Of a DNA stretch of 32,000 bases, positions 8,041-18,803 are shown one piece after another; within the stretch, counting starts at the first letter, position 1, and the number at the start of each line of letters is the position of its first letter. A program made the position numbers and the translations under genes. The notes below the pieces were generated by a model that was not told the origin of the DNA, searched no databases, and was given only the letters and a program-made list of their open reading frames with translations. The stretch spans positions 180,001 to 212,000 of the forward strand of contig NZ_OZ060386.1 in NCBI RefSeq assembly GCF_964059055.1, given 5' to 3'. Source of the DNA: Buchnera aphidicola (Neophyllaphis podocarpi). Lineage in GTDB: Bacteria > Pseudomonadota > Gammaproteobacteria > Enterobacterales > Enterobacteriaceae.

Positions 8041-8977
8041 ATTTGTCTCCAATTGAACGAGCACCTTTTGTATCTAAATAACATATGCGCACAAATCCTT
8101 CTTCGTTTTGTATATAATTTTTTTTCAACCATACAGCCATTTTATTAGCTATATTTATTTTATTACATATTGTAAATATTGTAGGTCCAGAGCCTGATAT
8201 TCCGCATGCAATAGCTCCTATCTTTTTTGCTGCTTTTTTTACAGATGAAAAGTTTGGTATTAATTTTTTTCTATATGGTTCTGCTATTATATCTTTCATC
8301 ATTATTGCTGCTAAATCTGATTGTTGAGTATAACTTGCGTGAATAAATCCAGCTAAATATTTATTTTGTTGAACTATTATATTTTTATCATATTTATTAG
8401 GTAATAAAGCTCTTGCTTTTGCTGTAGATATTTCTATACCTGGCCAAGCTACAACCCATATCCATTCCTTAAAAATAGGTATATTTTGACTTATTATTTT
8501 TTCTTGACCTATTATTAATTGTAAACCTCCTAAGTAACATGGAGATACATTATCATAATGAATACTTCCTGCTATGGATCCTTCTATTTCTCCCATTAAG
8601 GATAGTAATCTTAATTTTGTTAGTGGTTTTCCGAAAAAGTTATTCATTGCTACTAAACTAGCAACAACAGAACATGCGCTAGATCCTAAACCAGAACCTA
8701 TTGGCATATTTTTTTCTAATTTAATAGATATTGGTGTTATTTTTTTATCTATGATTTTGCAAAATTTTTTCCAGCATTTCCAAACAATATTATTCTTATA
8801 ATTTTTTGGTAATTTTTTAGAAAATTTACCTTCATTTATTAAATTGAATTCTGTTGATTTTTCTATAGTTACACAATCTCCTAATAAATTACCATTTATT
8901 GGTGAAACTGCTGCACCTAAAATATCAAATCCAACATTTATATTACCTATTGAAGCCGGTGCATAAATTTTTATCAT
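8027..8977 (-). CDS. thrB: homoserine kinase
   Basis: [17 protein letters not shown] and the GHMP-kinase motif [10 protein letters not shown] are present. Its 3' end overlaps the thrC start by 14 nt. Confidence 0.93.
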   Translation of the reverse strand: MIKIYAPASIGNINVGFDILGAAVSPINGNLLGDCVTIEKSTEFNLINEGKFSKKLPKNYKNNIVWKCWKKFCKIIDKKITPISIKLEKNMPIGSGLGSSACSVVASLVAMNNFFGKPLTKLRLLSLMGEIEGSIAGSIHYDNVSPCYLGGLQLIIGQEKIISQNIPIFKEWIWVVAWPGIEISTAKARALLPNKYDKNIIVQQNKYLAGFIHASYTQQSDLAAIMMKDIIAEPYRKKLIPNFSSVKKAAKKIGAIACGISGSGPTIFTICNKINIANKMAVWLKKNYIQNEEGFVRICYLDTKGARSIGDKYETL

Positions 8978-8994
8978 TATTAAACTCTTAACCT

Positions 8995-11445
8995 CTATGA
9001 TAGAGTACGTAATATATCAGTGAATACTCCTGCAGCAGTTACTTCATTTCCTGCGCCATATCCTCTAATAACTAAAGGTATAGGTTGATAGTATTTAGTA
9101 TAAAATGCTAACGCATTTTCTCCATTTTTTATTTTATACAAAGGATCATTATTATTAACAGAATCTATTTTAACATGACATGAACCATTTTTATTAATTA
9201 TTCCTATAAATCTTAATACTTTTCCTTTTGTGTGAGCTTTTTTTACTTTAATAGAAAAAAATTCATCTAACTCTTTTAATTTTTTCATGAAAATTTTTGT
9301 GTTTGATATTTCTTTAAATTCTTTCGGTAGTAATGGTTCAATTTTTATATCTTTTATTTCTAGATTATATCCAGCTTCTCTAGCTAAAATTAACAGTTTT
9401 CTTGCAACATCTATACCTGACAAATCATCTTTAGGATTAGGTTCTGTATAACCTAAAATTTTTGCTTCTTTTGTTGCTTCCGATAATTTTACTCCTTCAT
9501 CTAATTTACCAAATATATATGAAAGTGATCCGGATAAAATACCTCTAAATTTAATTAACTGATCTCCAGAATTCATTAGATTTTTTAAGTTTTCTATTAT
9601 CGGTAGTCCTGCGCCAACATTGGTATCATACAAAAATTTACATTTATATTTTTTAGTTTCTTTTCTTATATTTTTATAATATTCCATCTCTAAAGTATTA
9701 GCTTGTTTATTGGATGTAACTATATTGCATTTTTGTTTAATTAATTCTAAATACTTATATGCTATTTTATTGGAAGATGTACAATCTACTATTATTGGAT
9801 TATACAAATCATATTTTTTTATTTTTTCTATTAATTTTTTAATATCAAATATATTATTAGATTGTTTGAATATTTGACTCCATTTTTTAATATCAATGCC
9901 ATCTGAATTTGTTATTATTTTTTTTGAATTTGCTATACCACATATTTTAAATTTTATATTACTTTGCTTCAAATATTTATTTTGTTTTTTTATTTGATTT
10001 AATAAAGCTTTACCTACTCCACCTATTCCTATTAAAAATATTTCTGATATTTTTTTATTATAAAAAATTTCTTTATGAATTTTTTCTACTATTATTTTAT
10101 TATCTTTTTCGCTTATTATTAATGAAATAGAGTTATTAGATAAACTTTGTGATAATGCTATTATATTTGCTTTCATTTTATCTAAAATACAAAAACATTT
10201 TATGAATATATTTTTATTAAGATTTATTTTATTCCCAATTATAGATATTATAGATAAATTTTTTATAATCTCTATTTCATGTATTAATTTTTGTTTTATT
10301 TCAGCTTTAAATTCTTTATTAAGTATTTTAAATGTTTTTTTTGTTTCTTTTTCTCTTATACAGAAACTAATACTATGTTCTGATGATGATTGTGTTATTA
10401 TAATAATATTTATTTTTTCTTTATGTAACTTATCGAAAACACGTTTTGATATTTTCGTTTTGCTTTGCATATAGTTATTTTTTCCTACAACATTAAATAT
10501 AACTACATTATTTATGCTAGTAATTCCTTTGATCTTATTTTTTGTATTTTTATTTTTGCAAATTAAAGTACCTTTAAAATTAGGATTATTTGTATTTTTA
10601 ATTACGCATGGAATATTATAATCTAATATCGGTAATATTGTTTTTGGGTGTAAAACTTTTGCTCCAAAATATGATAATTCTAAAGCCTCTTTATATGATA
10701 TTGTTTTTAGTAGTTTTGTATTTTTTACTTTATTTGGATCTGATGTATATATTCCATTAACATCTGTCCATATCTCACAACTATTTGCTTTTAGACATAC
10801 TGCTAGTATGGATGCTGAATAGTCTGATCCATTTCTTCCTAAAACTACTAACTCTTTACTTTTATAACCAGCGATAAATCCCGCCATTAGTATAATATTT
10901 TTTTTAAAAATTTTAATTTTATTAAAATTTTTTATTGATTTATATATATTTACACTTGCATCAAGATAATTTTTATTTGCTGAAATATATTTTATTGGAT
11001 TAATTATTGTTGCACTTTCTTTTTGGGATTTTAGTAGTCTATACATTATATATATAGATATTATCTCACCTTTTGATATTATTTTTGCATAGATTTTATC
11101 TGGACATATATTTAATAATTGTATTCCAGTAATCATTTTTTTGATTTTTGTGAATTCTAGATTTATTTTATTTTCTGTTTTTTCAATTTCAAAGTCTTTA
11201 TTTTTATCTTTTATTTCTTTTATTATTTTTAAAAAAATTTTTTTATTATCTTCTATTATTTCTTTACACTCCTCATTATTTACAGACTTTTTTATTAATA
11301 GTTCAAAATTATTTGTAGTTTTAGCTGGTGCTGATAATACAACTGCTATCTGTACTTTTTTTGTTTCATTTATTATTATGTTAGCTACATCTAAAAACTT
11401 TTTTGAGTTTGCTAAAGATGTTCCGCCGAATTTTAAAATTTTCAT
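8995..11445 (-). CDS. thrA: bifunctional aspartokinase I / homoserine dehydrogenase I
   Basis: [13 protein letters not shown], the dinucleotide-binding GIGGVGKAL of the homoserine dehydrogenase half, and the full-length two-domain architecture are present. Confidence 0.93.
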   Translation of the reverse strand: MKILKFGGTSLANSKKFLDVANIIINETKKVQIAVVLSAPAKTTNNFELLIKKSVNNEECKEIIEDNKKIFLKIIKEIKDKNKDFEIEKTENKINLEFTKIKKMITGIQLLNICPDKIYAKIISKGEIISIYIMYRLLKSQKESATIINPIKYISANKNYLDASVNIYKSIKNFNKIKIFKKNIILMAGFIAGYKSKELVVLGRNGSDYSASILAVCLKANSCEIWTDVNGIYTSDPNKVKNTKLLKTISYKEALELSYFGAKVLHPKTILPILDYNIPCVIKNTNNPNFKGTLICKNKNTKNKIKGITSINNVVIFNVVGKNNYMQSKTKISKRVFDKLHKEKINIIIITQSSSEHSISFCIREKETKKTFKILNKEFKAEIKQKLIHEIEIIKNLSIISIIGNKINLNKNIFIKCFCILDKMKANIIALSQSLSNNSISLIISEKDNKIIVEKIHKEIFYNKKISEIFLIGIGGVGKALLNQIKKQNKYLKQSNIKFKICGIANSKKIITNSDGIDIKKWSQIFKQSNNIFDIKKLIEKIKKYDLYNPIIVDCTSSNKIAYKYLELIKQKCNIVTSNKQANTLEMEYYKNIRKETKKYKCKFLYDTNVGAGLPIIENLKNLMNSGDQLIKFRGILSGSLSYIFGKLDEGVKLSEATKEAKILGYTEPNPKDDLSGIDVARKLLILAREAGYNLEIKDIKIEPLLPKEFKEISNTKIFMKKLKELDEFFSIKVKKAHTKGKVLRFIGIINKNGSCHVKIDSVNNNDPLYKIKNGENALAFYTKYYQPIPLVIRGYGAGNEVTAAGVFTDILRTLS

Positions 11446-11472
11446 ATTTTTTATTTCTCTTAATTTTATTAT

Positions 11473-11497
11473 AAAAAAACCCGTATTTTATACGGGC
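11473..11497 (-). promoter_or_regulatory. intrinsic-terminator-like hairpin plus U7 in the thrA 5' leader (attenuator-like)
   Basis: The minus strand reads GCCCGUA-UAAAA-UACGGGU followed by UUUUUUU, ending 27 nt before the thrA ATG. No upstream gene lies on this strand, because hpt is divergent. Confidence 0.5.
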
Positions 11498-11838
11498 TTT
11501 GATATTTTTATTATGTGTTTTCAGCCCACATTTTATATTTGGAGTTTTAATTAAAATTATTTTACAGTTAGGCTGTTAATATACATATTATTTTGTTTAT
11601 ATTTTTATTTAAATTATTTTTATTTGATTTTTTATTTTTTTTATAAAATATTTTAGCATTTATTTTAATATAATAAATATACTTAAATTGTTTATATTTT
11701 TAAATATTAAAATTAATGTATTTGTTTTTTATTTAAAATTTGTTTTATATTTTTTGTCAATTGTATTATTGTACATATATTTCTTTATTATGATATAATA
11801 TCATGATTTTTTAAAGTAACATTATTAACTAAAATTTT

Positions 11839-12372
11839 ATGAATCATACTGTTGAAATGATAATTTCAAAAAAAGAACTTCAAAATCGCATTAAAGAATT
11901 AGGGAAACAGATTACTAATAACTACAAAAATAGTAATAGTAAGATGGTATTAGTGGGCTTACTTAAAGGTTCATTTATGTTTATGGCTGATTTATGTAGA
12001 GCAATTGATATTGACCATTCAGTAGATTTTATTACAACTTCTAGTTATGGTAAAGGTATGATATCTAATCATAATGTTAAAATATTAAAAGATTTAGAAG
12101 AAGATATTTTTGATAAAGATGTAATTATTGTTGAGGATATTATTGATTCTGGAAATACTCTTAATAAAATAGTTAGTATTTTACATTTAAGGAAACCTAA
12201 ATCTTTAGCTATTTGTACTTTATTAAATAAACCTGGTTATCGTGATTTGAATTTTAGTATTGATTATATTGGTTTTTCCATAACTAATGATTTTATGGTT
12301 GGATATGGAATTGATTATGCTCAATGTTATCGTCATTTGCCATATATTGGTAAAGTAGTATTATTTAAATAA
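11839..12372 (+). CDS. hpt: hypoxanthine phosphoribosyltransferase
   Basis: The PRPP-binding loop [14 protein letters not shown] and the [18 protein letters not shown] motif are present. Confidence 0.93.
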   Translation: MNHTVEMIISKKELQNRIKELGKQITNNYKNSNSKMVLVGLLKGSFMFMADLCRAIDIDHSVDFITTSSYGKGMISNHNVKILKDLEEDIFDKDVIIVEDIIDSGNTLNKIVSILHLRKPKSLAICTLLNKPGYRDLNFSIDYIGFSITNDFMVGYGIDYAQCYRHLPYIGKVVLFK

Positions 12373-12463
12373 AAATATAAATTTAAATATATAAATAAAA
12401 AGCTATTTATAATATTTTATATCATAAATAGCTTTTTATTTATATATTTAAATTTATATTTTT
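12371..12463. terminator. perfect 40-bp inverted repeat with a 13-nt loop, filling the whole hpt/panC convergent spacer
   Basis: The left arm at 12371-12410 is aaaaatataaatttaaatatataaataaaaagctatttat. The right arm at 12424-12463 is its exact reverse complement. The arms abut or overlap both stop codons. Confidence 0.6.
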
Positions 12464-13256
12464 ATAAATTTACTTTTATATTATCTATTAGTCTAATATT
12501 TTTTATTATTACTGATAAAAATACTATAATTTTTTTGCTATTTTTAGAGAATGGTGCTAGAGATTTTCTATCAGATACTTTTAATAAATCTATTACAAAT
12601 CCTTTATTAGTTAATTTTTTCCTTGATATAAGTAATATTTCTTTAATATTTTTTTGTCTTTTTTTGATCTCTTTTTTTATATACTTTAAATTTTTATATA
12701 TATCTAATGCTAACATAAATTGTTTTTTTGTTAAATGTATATTTCTAGAACTTATTGCTAAACCATTTTTATGTCTTATAGTAGGTACGCTTATTATTTT
12801 AATATCATAATTCATATCATTTACTAAATTTTTTATTATAAATAATTGTTGGTAATCTTTTTCTCCAAAAAGAGCTATATTTGGTTGTATTATATTAAAT
12901 AATTTAGCTATAATTGTAGTTACTCCCCTAAAATGTTTTTTTCTTTTTTTACCTTCTAATATATTAGACAAATAAGGTACTTCAACAAAAGTATGTAGAG
13001 ATTTTGTTTTTTTTAGTATTTGTTTTTCTTTTGGATAAAATATAATATCAACATTATTTTTTTTGAGAAGATTAAAATCTTGTTCTATGGTACGTGGATA
13101 GTTTTTTATATCTTTTTCATTGTTAAACTGCATAGGATTTATAAATATACTTACTATAGTAATGTTTGTTATTTCTTTTGCTTTTTTTATTATAGATAAG
13201 TGACCTTTATGTATATTTCCCATTGTAGCTACCAGAGAAATACTCTTATTTTCCAT
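12462..13256 (-). CDS. panC: pantoate-beta-alanine ligase (in-frame body; ancestral N-terminal 18 codons lie out of frame upstream)
   Basis: MENKSISLVATMGNIHKGH aligns with E. coli residues 19 onward ([19 protein letters not shown]). FINPMQF and FGEKDYQQ are also present. Confidence 0.9.
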   Translation of the reverse strand: MENKSISLVATMGNIHKGHLSIIKKAKEITNITIVSIFINPMQFNNEKDIKNYPRTIEQDFNLLKKNNVDIIFYPKEKQILKKTKSLHTFVEVPYLSNILEGKKRKKHFRGVTTIIAKLFNIIQPNIALFGEKDYQQLFIIKNLVNDMNYDIKIISVPTIRHKNGLAISSRNIHLTKKQFMLALDIYKNLKYIKKEIKKRQKNIKEILLISRKKLTNKGFVIDLLKVSDRKSLAPFSKNSKKIIVFLSVIIKNIRLIDNIKVNL

Positions 13257-13320
13257 TTTTATTTTTTTAATTATTTTTTTATTTTCTCTATTTCTTTAAT
13301 AATTTTCATATAATTATTTC

Positions 13321-14115
13321 TTAAAAAAAACTATGTTCTTTACTAGGATAAATTTCTAATTCTACTTCTTTTATGTATTTTTTTATAGATCGTATAATAT
13401 TTTTTTTATTATTTGAAAAAATTTTTACAAATTTTGGAATTTTACCTTCTGTTAAACCCAAAGCGTCATGCATAACTATCACTTGGCCATCTGTATATTT
13501 ACCTGCTCCTATACCTATTATTGGAATTTTTACTTTTTCTGTTATTTTTTTAGCTAATTTATAAGGAACACATTCTATTAATATGATTTGAGCTCCTGCT
13601 TTTTCTAAAGATAATGCTTCTTCTAAAATTTTATTTGCTGAATCTATTGTATTACCTTGAACTTTATAATTACCTAAAATATTAATAGATTGAGGTTTTA
13701 ATCCTATGTGAGCACACACAGGAATTGATCTTTCTGTAAGTTTTTTTATAGTATTTTTTAACCATTTTCCTCCTTCTATTTTTACCATATTTGCACCTGA
13801 TCTTATTATTTTTGATGCATTTTCATAAGACAATTCTTTTGTCGAATATGACATAAATGGTAAATCTGATATAATAAATGCATTAGGAGATCCTTTTCTT
13901 ACTGCTTTTGTATGATATATTATATCTTTAGTTGTTACAGATATTGTTGATTTATTTCCTTGAAAAGTCATACCTAAAGAATCTCCAACTAACATTATTT
14001 TAATTCCGTCATTATAAAATATTTTAGAAAATGTATAGTCATATGTTGTTATTACAGCAAATTTATATTTCTTTTTTTTCCACTTGTATATATCTTTTAT
14101 ATTTATAGAGTTCAT
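13321..14115 (-). CDS. panB: 3-methyl-2-oxobutanoate hydroxymethyltransferase
   Basis: TTYDY.F, MLVGDSLGM, VKIEGG and the C-terminal YP..EHSF are present. Confidence 0.93.
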   Translation of the reverse strand: MNSINIKDIYKWKKKKYKFAVITTYDYTFSKIFYNDGIKIMLVGDSLGMTFQGNKSTISVTTKDIIYHTKAVRKGSPNAFIISDLPFMSYSTKELSYENASKIIRSGANMVKIEGGKWLKNTIKKLTERSIPVCAHIGLKPQSINILGNYKVQGNTIDSANKILEEALSLEKAGAQIILIECVPYKLAKKITEKVKIPIIGIGAGKYTDGQVIVMHDALGLTEGKIPKFVKIFSNNKKNIIRSIKKYIKEVELEIYPSKEHSFF

Positions 14116-14221
14116 TTTTTTAGCCTTTATTACAATAAAATTATTTTTTAAATCTTATTTTAATAAACTATTTATTTAATGAATTATATTTATAAAATAA
14201 AAACATTTTATAAATAATATT

Positions 14222-14734
14222 TTATTTAAAATAATTATTTTTTAATAAACAAAAATAAGGGTAAATATTTTTTTTACTTAATTTTTTAGAAATTAAATGT
14301 ATTGATTCTCCTTCAGGGGTTTTTATATTAGAATTTATTTCTAATATAGGTGTTATTACAAATGATCTATTTTTCATATCATAATGAGGAATTGTTAGTT
14401 TTTTGTTATTGATTGTAAAATTTTCAAATAAAATAATATCTATGTCTATTGATCTAGAATCCCATTTAAATTTTGTGCGAATTCTTCCTTGTTTTTTCTC
14501 AATTTTATTAATGTAATGTAGAATTTTATATGGATTTAATTTGGTTTTAATTAAAATAACAGCATTTAAATAATTTTTTTGTTTTTTTATACTTTTATAA
14601 GGTTTAGAATAATATATTGTTGATATATCAATTATTTTGCTATATGGAATATTTTTTATATTTATTATAGCATTTATTATTTGTTTTATTGGGTTATTAA
14701 TATTACTTCCTATAGATAAATATACACTTTTCAT
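14222..14734 (-). CDS. folK: 2-amino-4-hydroxy-6-hydroxymethyldihydropteridine pyrophosphokinase
   Basis: YLSIGSN, NYLNAV, RSIDIDIILF and LTIPHYDMKNRSFV are collinear with E. coli FolK. Confidence 0.88.
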   Translation of the reverse strand: MKSVYLSIGSNINNPIKQIINAIINIKNIPYSKIIDISTIYYSKPYKSIKKQKNYLNAVILIKTKLNPYKILHYINKIEKKQGRIRTKFKWDSRSIDIDIILFENFTINNKKLTIPHYDMKNRSFVITPILEINSNIKTPEGESIHLISKKLSKKNIYPYFCLLKNNYFK

Positions 14735-14779
14735 TTGTTTTTTATTAAATTTTATTTATTTTTATATTAAAATTATAAA

Positions 14780-14812
14780 AACTATCAATAACTTCAATAA
14801 TTATTGATAGTT
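14780..14812 (-). terminator. intrinsic terminator after dksA
   Basis: A 12-bp stem aactatcaataa (14780-14791) / ttattgatagtt (14801-14812) with a 9-nt loop. A short T-rich tail follows on the minus strand. Confidence 0.55.
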
Positions 14813-14828
14813 AAAACAATAAATTTTT

Positions 14829-15284
14829 TTATCCGTTAATTTGTTTTTTTTTTATTTCTTCTAATGTTTTACAATCAATACATAGATCAGCTGTAGGATG
14901 AGCTTCTAATCTCCTTATTCCTATTTTTACTCCACATAATTCACAAAAACCAAAATTATTTTCTTTTATTTTTTTTAGCGTATATTTTATTTTCTTTAAT
15001 AGCTTTCTTTCTCTATCTCTATTTCTTATTTCTATACTAAATTCTTCTTCTTGTACTGCTCTATCAACAGGGTCAGGAAAATTTATTGATTCGTTTTTTA
15101 TATAAGATAAAGCTGAACTACTTTCTTTTTTAATTTTATTGTCCCATGCTTTAAGTATTTTTTTGAAATGGTTAATTTGCAATTTACTCATATATTCTTC
15201 TCCATTTATTTGTTTATATGGTTTTACTCCCGCAATATTTAAAATACTTAATATAGATGATTTATTATTTCGTTGTTTTTTCAT
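14829..15284 (-). CDS. dksA: RNA polymerase-binding transcription factor DksA
   Basis: NFPDPVDRA.QEEEFS.E.RNRDRERKL and the C4 zinc finger C..C...17...C..C are present. Confidence 0.95.
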   Translation of the reverse strand: MKKQRNNKSSILSILNIAGVKPYKQINGEEYMSKLQINHFKKILKAWDNKIKKESSSALSYIKNESINFPDPVDRAVQEEEFSIEIRNRDRERKLLKKIKYTLKKIKENNFGFCELCGVKIGIRRLEAHPTADLCIDCKTLEEIKKKQING

Positions 15285-15491
15285 ATTTTCTCTTATATAA
15301 TATTTTGTAATTATAAATTTTTAATCATATTATAATATTTTAACTTTTAAAATGCTTAAAATTAAATAAATTTAAATTTTATTTGATACAATAAAATTTA
15401 AATTTTTGATTTTTTTAGTATTATAAATACTATATAGATTATACTTAATCTAAATTAAAATAGTAAATATAATCTCTATAGGAAAAATTTA

Positions 15492-16265
15492 ATGAAATTT
15501 GCTTTATGTATAGAATATAATGGTAGTAATTACCATGGTTGGCAAATACAAAAAGGTTTATCTAGCATTCAAAAAGAATTAGAATTTGTTTTGTCAAAAA
15601 TTGCAGGGCAAAAAATATTAGTTCATTGTGGAGGTCGAACAGATAAAGGAGTACATAGTTTAGGTCAAATAGTACATTTTGAAACAAGTGTTATACGCAA
15701 AGATTATTCCTGGTTGATTGGTATAAATTCTCATCTTCCAAAAGATATTGTAGCTCATTGGATTAAAATTGTTCCTAGTTATTTTCATGCTCGTACCAGC
15801 GCTATTAATCGTTATTATAGATATTATATATATAATAATAAAATTAGAACTGCATTAAATTATAATAAAGTAACTCATATTTATAAAAAATTGGATTTAG
15901 ATCTTATGTTACAGGCTTCTAAATTGTTTATAGGAGAGCAGAATTTTAATTCATTTAGATCTTCTTATTGCCAGTCAGTTAGTTCATTTAGAAATGTATT
16001 GTATATAAATGTTAAAAGAGATAATTTTTTTATAATAATTGATATTAAAGCAAATTCTTTCTTACATAATATGGTTAGAAAAATAGTAGGTTCTTTAATA
16101 GAAATTGGTTCTAAAAATAAAAATATAAATTGGATTGAATATATTCTTAATAGTAGCAAAAAAGTATATGTTCCTACAGCTCAATCATCTGGATTATATT
16201 TAGTATCTATAGAATATCCTTCTGAATTTAATTTTCCTCTTATGCAATCAAATTTTATTTTTTGA
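15492..16265 (+). CDS. truA: tRNA pseudouridine(38-40) synthase
   Basis: EYNGSNYHGWQ.Q, the catalytic GRTDKGVH, RYYRY and HNMVR are present. Confidence 0.92.
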   Translation: MKFALCIEYNGSNYHGWQIQKGLSSIQKELEFVLSKIAGQKILVHCGGRTDKGVHSLGQIVHFETSVIRKDYSWLIGINSHLPKDIVAHWIKIVPSYFHARTSAINRYYRYYIYNNKIRTALNYNKVTHIYKKLDLDLMLQASKLFIGEQNFNSFRSSYCQSVSSFRNVLYINVKRDNFFIIIDIKANSFLHNMVRKIVGSLIEIGSKNKNINWIEYILNSSKKVYVPTAQSSGLYLVSIEYPSEFNFPLMQSNFIF

Positions 16266-16467
16266 ATTTATTTTTTGTATTTTTGATTTTATTTATTTTA
16301 CAAATCATAAAATTTTAATGTAGTTTATTAAATCTAATAATTTTTATTAATAAAATTATTTTTTTTGAATATAAAATATATTTCTATTAAAAATTTAGCT
16401 CTTAATTTGTTTATTTTTAAAATTTGAGATTATGCATTCATATTAAGTTATAAGAAGAGAAATATAA

Positions 16468-18753
16468 ATGAGTAGATTATATAAGATACTAATATTTTTT
16501 TTAATAAAGATACTATTTATAATATTTATATTTATATTTTACGGTTTATTTTTATATAATAAAATACATAATTTTATTGATGGTAAAATCTGGAATTTAC
16601 CATCATATATTTATAGTCGTACTATAGAATTTACTGTAGGTTCTGCTTTTAGCAAAGAGAAAGTAATTTCAATTTTAGAGTGTAATTATTATCACCAATC
16701 TATTAATTTAACACATCCAGGGGAATTTGTTATTCATAAAGATAGCATAGATTTAATTAGACGTTCATTTAATTTTCCAAATCAATTTGAAAATAAAATT
16801 TATGCACGTATTATTTTTCAAGGCAATTGGATTATTAAAATCAAAAATTTATATGATGATACTAATATAAAATTATTAAAACTAGATCCTAAATTGATAG
16901 GGTTATTAAATTTCAATAATAATCATCAACGTTTATTTTTTCCTATTTCTGAATTTCCTAGTGTTTTAATTAATATGTTATTAGCTACAGAAGATAAAAA
17001 TTTTTATACTCATGATGGTATTAGTTTTTATTCTATTTTGAGAGCTTTCATAGTAAATATTTATGCTGGAAAAACTATACAAGGAGGCAGTACTTTAACT
17101 CAACAATTAGTCAAGAATTTTTTTTTATCGCATGAAAAATCTTTTTTACGAAAATTAAATGAAGTGTATATGGCTGTTATTATGGAATTTTGTTATAGTA
17201 AGAATCGTATTTTAGAACTTTATCTTAATGAAGTTTATATGGGTCAAGTCAATAATAATGAATTGCATGGTTTACCTTTAGCTAGTATTTATTATTTTGG
17301 TTCTTATATAAATGAATTAAATATTGATCAATATGCTTTATTAGTTGCTATGGTAAAAGGAGCTTCTTTGTATAGCCCGTGGAATAATATTACTTTATCT
17401 TTACAGAGAAGAAATTTAGTTCTTTTTTTAGCATTAAAAAATAAAGTAATTAATCAATTTGTTTATAATAAAAATGTTTTATTGCCTATTAATGTTTATT
17501 ATAAAAATGATGTAATCAAACCAGCACCGTCCTTTATTCAATTAGTTAAGTATGAATTATTATATAAATTAAAATATTCAATTGAATACTTAAATGGATT
17601 AAAAATTTTTACTACTTTTGATCCTTTATCACAGTATAATGCAGAAAAAGCTGTTAAAAATGTTATACCTTTATTGAATAAAAAACAAAATTTGTCAGAT
17701 TTAGAAACTGCAATGGTTATTGTAAATAAATTTACTGGTGCTGTTAATGGTATCTTGGGAGGATCTAATCCAGAATTTGCGGGATATAATAGAGCTTTAC
17801 AAGCCAGACGTTCTATAGGTTCTTTGGCTAAACCTGTAATTTATTTAACCGCATTATCTGAACCATATAAGTATGGTTTAAATACTTTACTTAAAGACGA
17901 ACCATTAGAAATAAAATTAGATAATTTTAATATTTGGAAACCTTTAAATAATGATTGTAAATTTAGTAAACAGATAATTTTACTAGATGCTTTATCTTAT
18001 TCTGTAAATATACCTACTGTTAATTTAAGTATTTCTTTAGGTTTTAAAAAACTTATAAAATCATGGATTTTACTAGGTATTTCGAAAAAACATTTGAACT
18101 ATTTTCCTTCTGCTTCTTTAGGAGCTATTAATCTAACTCCATTTGAGATTTCACAGGTTTTTCAAACTATTGCAAATAAAGGTAAAAAATCTATTTTATT
18201 CTCTATTGATTGTATAATGAATAATAATCAAAAAATAATTTACAGTCATGTATATAAATATAATCAAGTTATTTCTCCTCAGGCATCTTATTTAATTTTA
18301 TATGCTATGCAGCAGGTTGTTGCTAATGGTACTGCTCGTAGCTTAAATAATCTATTTCCTAATTTTGGTATAGCAGCAAAAACAGGTACAACAAGTAATT
18401 TAGTAGATAGTTGGTTTGCTGGAATTAATTTTGATCAAGTAGTCTTAACTTGGATAGGTAGAGATAATAATAAAACTACTAAGCTTTATGGAGCTTCTGG
18501 TGCAATGAAAATTTATTCTAGTTATTTAAATGGAATATATCCTTTGCCTTTAATTCTAATTCCTCCTAAGAATATTCAAATGTTTTTTGTAGATAGATTA
18601 GGGCATATTATTTGTGTAAGAAATCATTCTAAAAACAGAATTTTACCTATTTGGCTATTTAACTTGAATAAATATTGTAAAATTAAAAATAGTGATATTT
18701 TTGATAGCATACATACAAAAAAATTTAATTTTTTTAAATTTTTGTTTAAATAA
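16468..18753 (+). CDS. mrcB: penicillin-binding protein 1B (bifunctional glycosyltransferase/transpeptidase)
   Basis: There is an N-terminal transmembrane helix. The GT51 motifs EDKNFYTHDG and GGSTLTQQLVKN are present, as are the transpeptidase SLAKP (SxxK) and KTGTT motifs. Confidence 0.92.
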   Translation: MSRLYKILIFFLIKILFIIFIFIFYGLFLYNKIHNFIDGKIWNLPSYIYSRTIEFTVGSAFSKEKVISILECNYYHQSINLTHPGEFVIHKDSIDLIRRSFNFPNQFENKIYARIIFQGNWIIKIKNLYDDTNIKLLKLDPKLIGLLNFNNNHQRLFFPISEFPSVLINMLLATEDKNFYTHDGISFYSILRAFIVNIYAGKTIQGGSTLTQQLVKNFFLSHEKSFLRKLNEVYMAVIMEFCYSKNRILELYLNEVYMGQVNNNELHGLPLASIYYFGSYINELNIDQYALLVAMVKGASLYSPWNNITLSLQRRNLVLFLALKNKVINQFVYNKNVLLPINVYYKNDVIKPAPSFIQLVKYELLYKLKYSIEYLNGLKIFTTFDPLSQYNAEKAVKNVIPLLNKKQNLSDLETAMVIVNKFTGAVNGILGGSNPEFAGYNRALQARRSIGSLAKPVIYLTALSEPYKYGLNTLLKDEPLEIKLDNFNIWKPLNNDCKFSKQIILLDALSYSVNIPTVNLSISLGFKKLIKSWILLGISKKHLNYFPSASLGAINLTPFEISQVFQTIANKGKKSILFSIDCIMNNNQKIIYSHVYKYNQVISPQASYLILYAMQQVVANGTARSLNNLFPNFGIAAKTGTTSNLVDSWFAGINFDQVVLTWIGRDNNKTTKLYGASGAMKIYSSYLNGIYPLPLILIPPKNIQMFFVDRLGHIICVRNHSKNRILPIWLFNLNKYCKIKNSDIFDSIHTKKFNFFKFLFK

Positions 18754-18803
18754 AATTAATAGCACCTTATTTTATTTGAAATCTATTTTATAGAGATTTG
18801 TTT

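Noticed and set aside
11141-11554. 137-aa plus-strand ORF spanning the thrA 5' end and leader
   Set aside because: It is a shadow ORF opposite thrA that runs on into the spacer. The sequence is low-complexity with no homology features, and the region is better explained by thrA plus its leader hairpin.
11446-11838. Replication origin or decayed gene in the longest spacer (393 bp, thrA-hpt)
   Set aside because: I found no DnaA-box-like TTATCCACA motifs and no translated remnant resembling a known protein. Only the leader structures reported above stand out.
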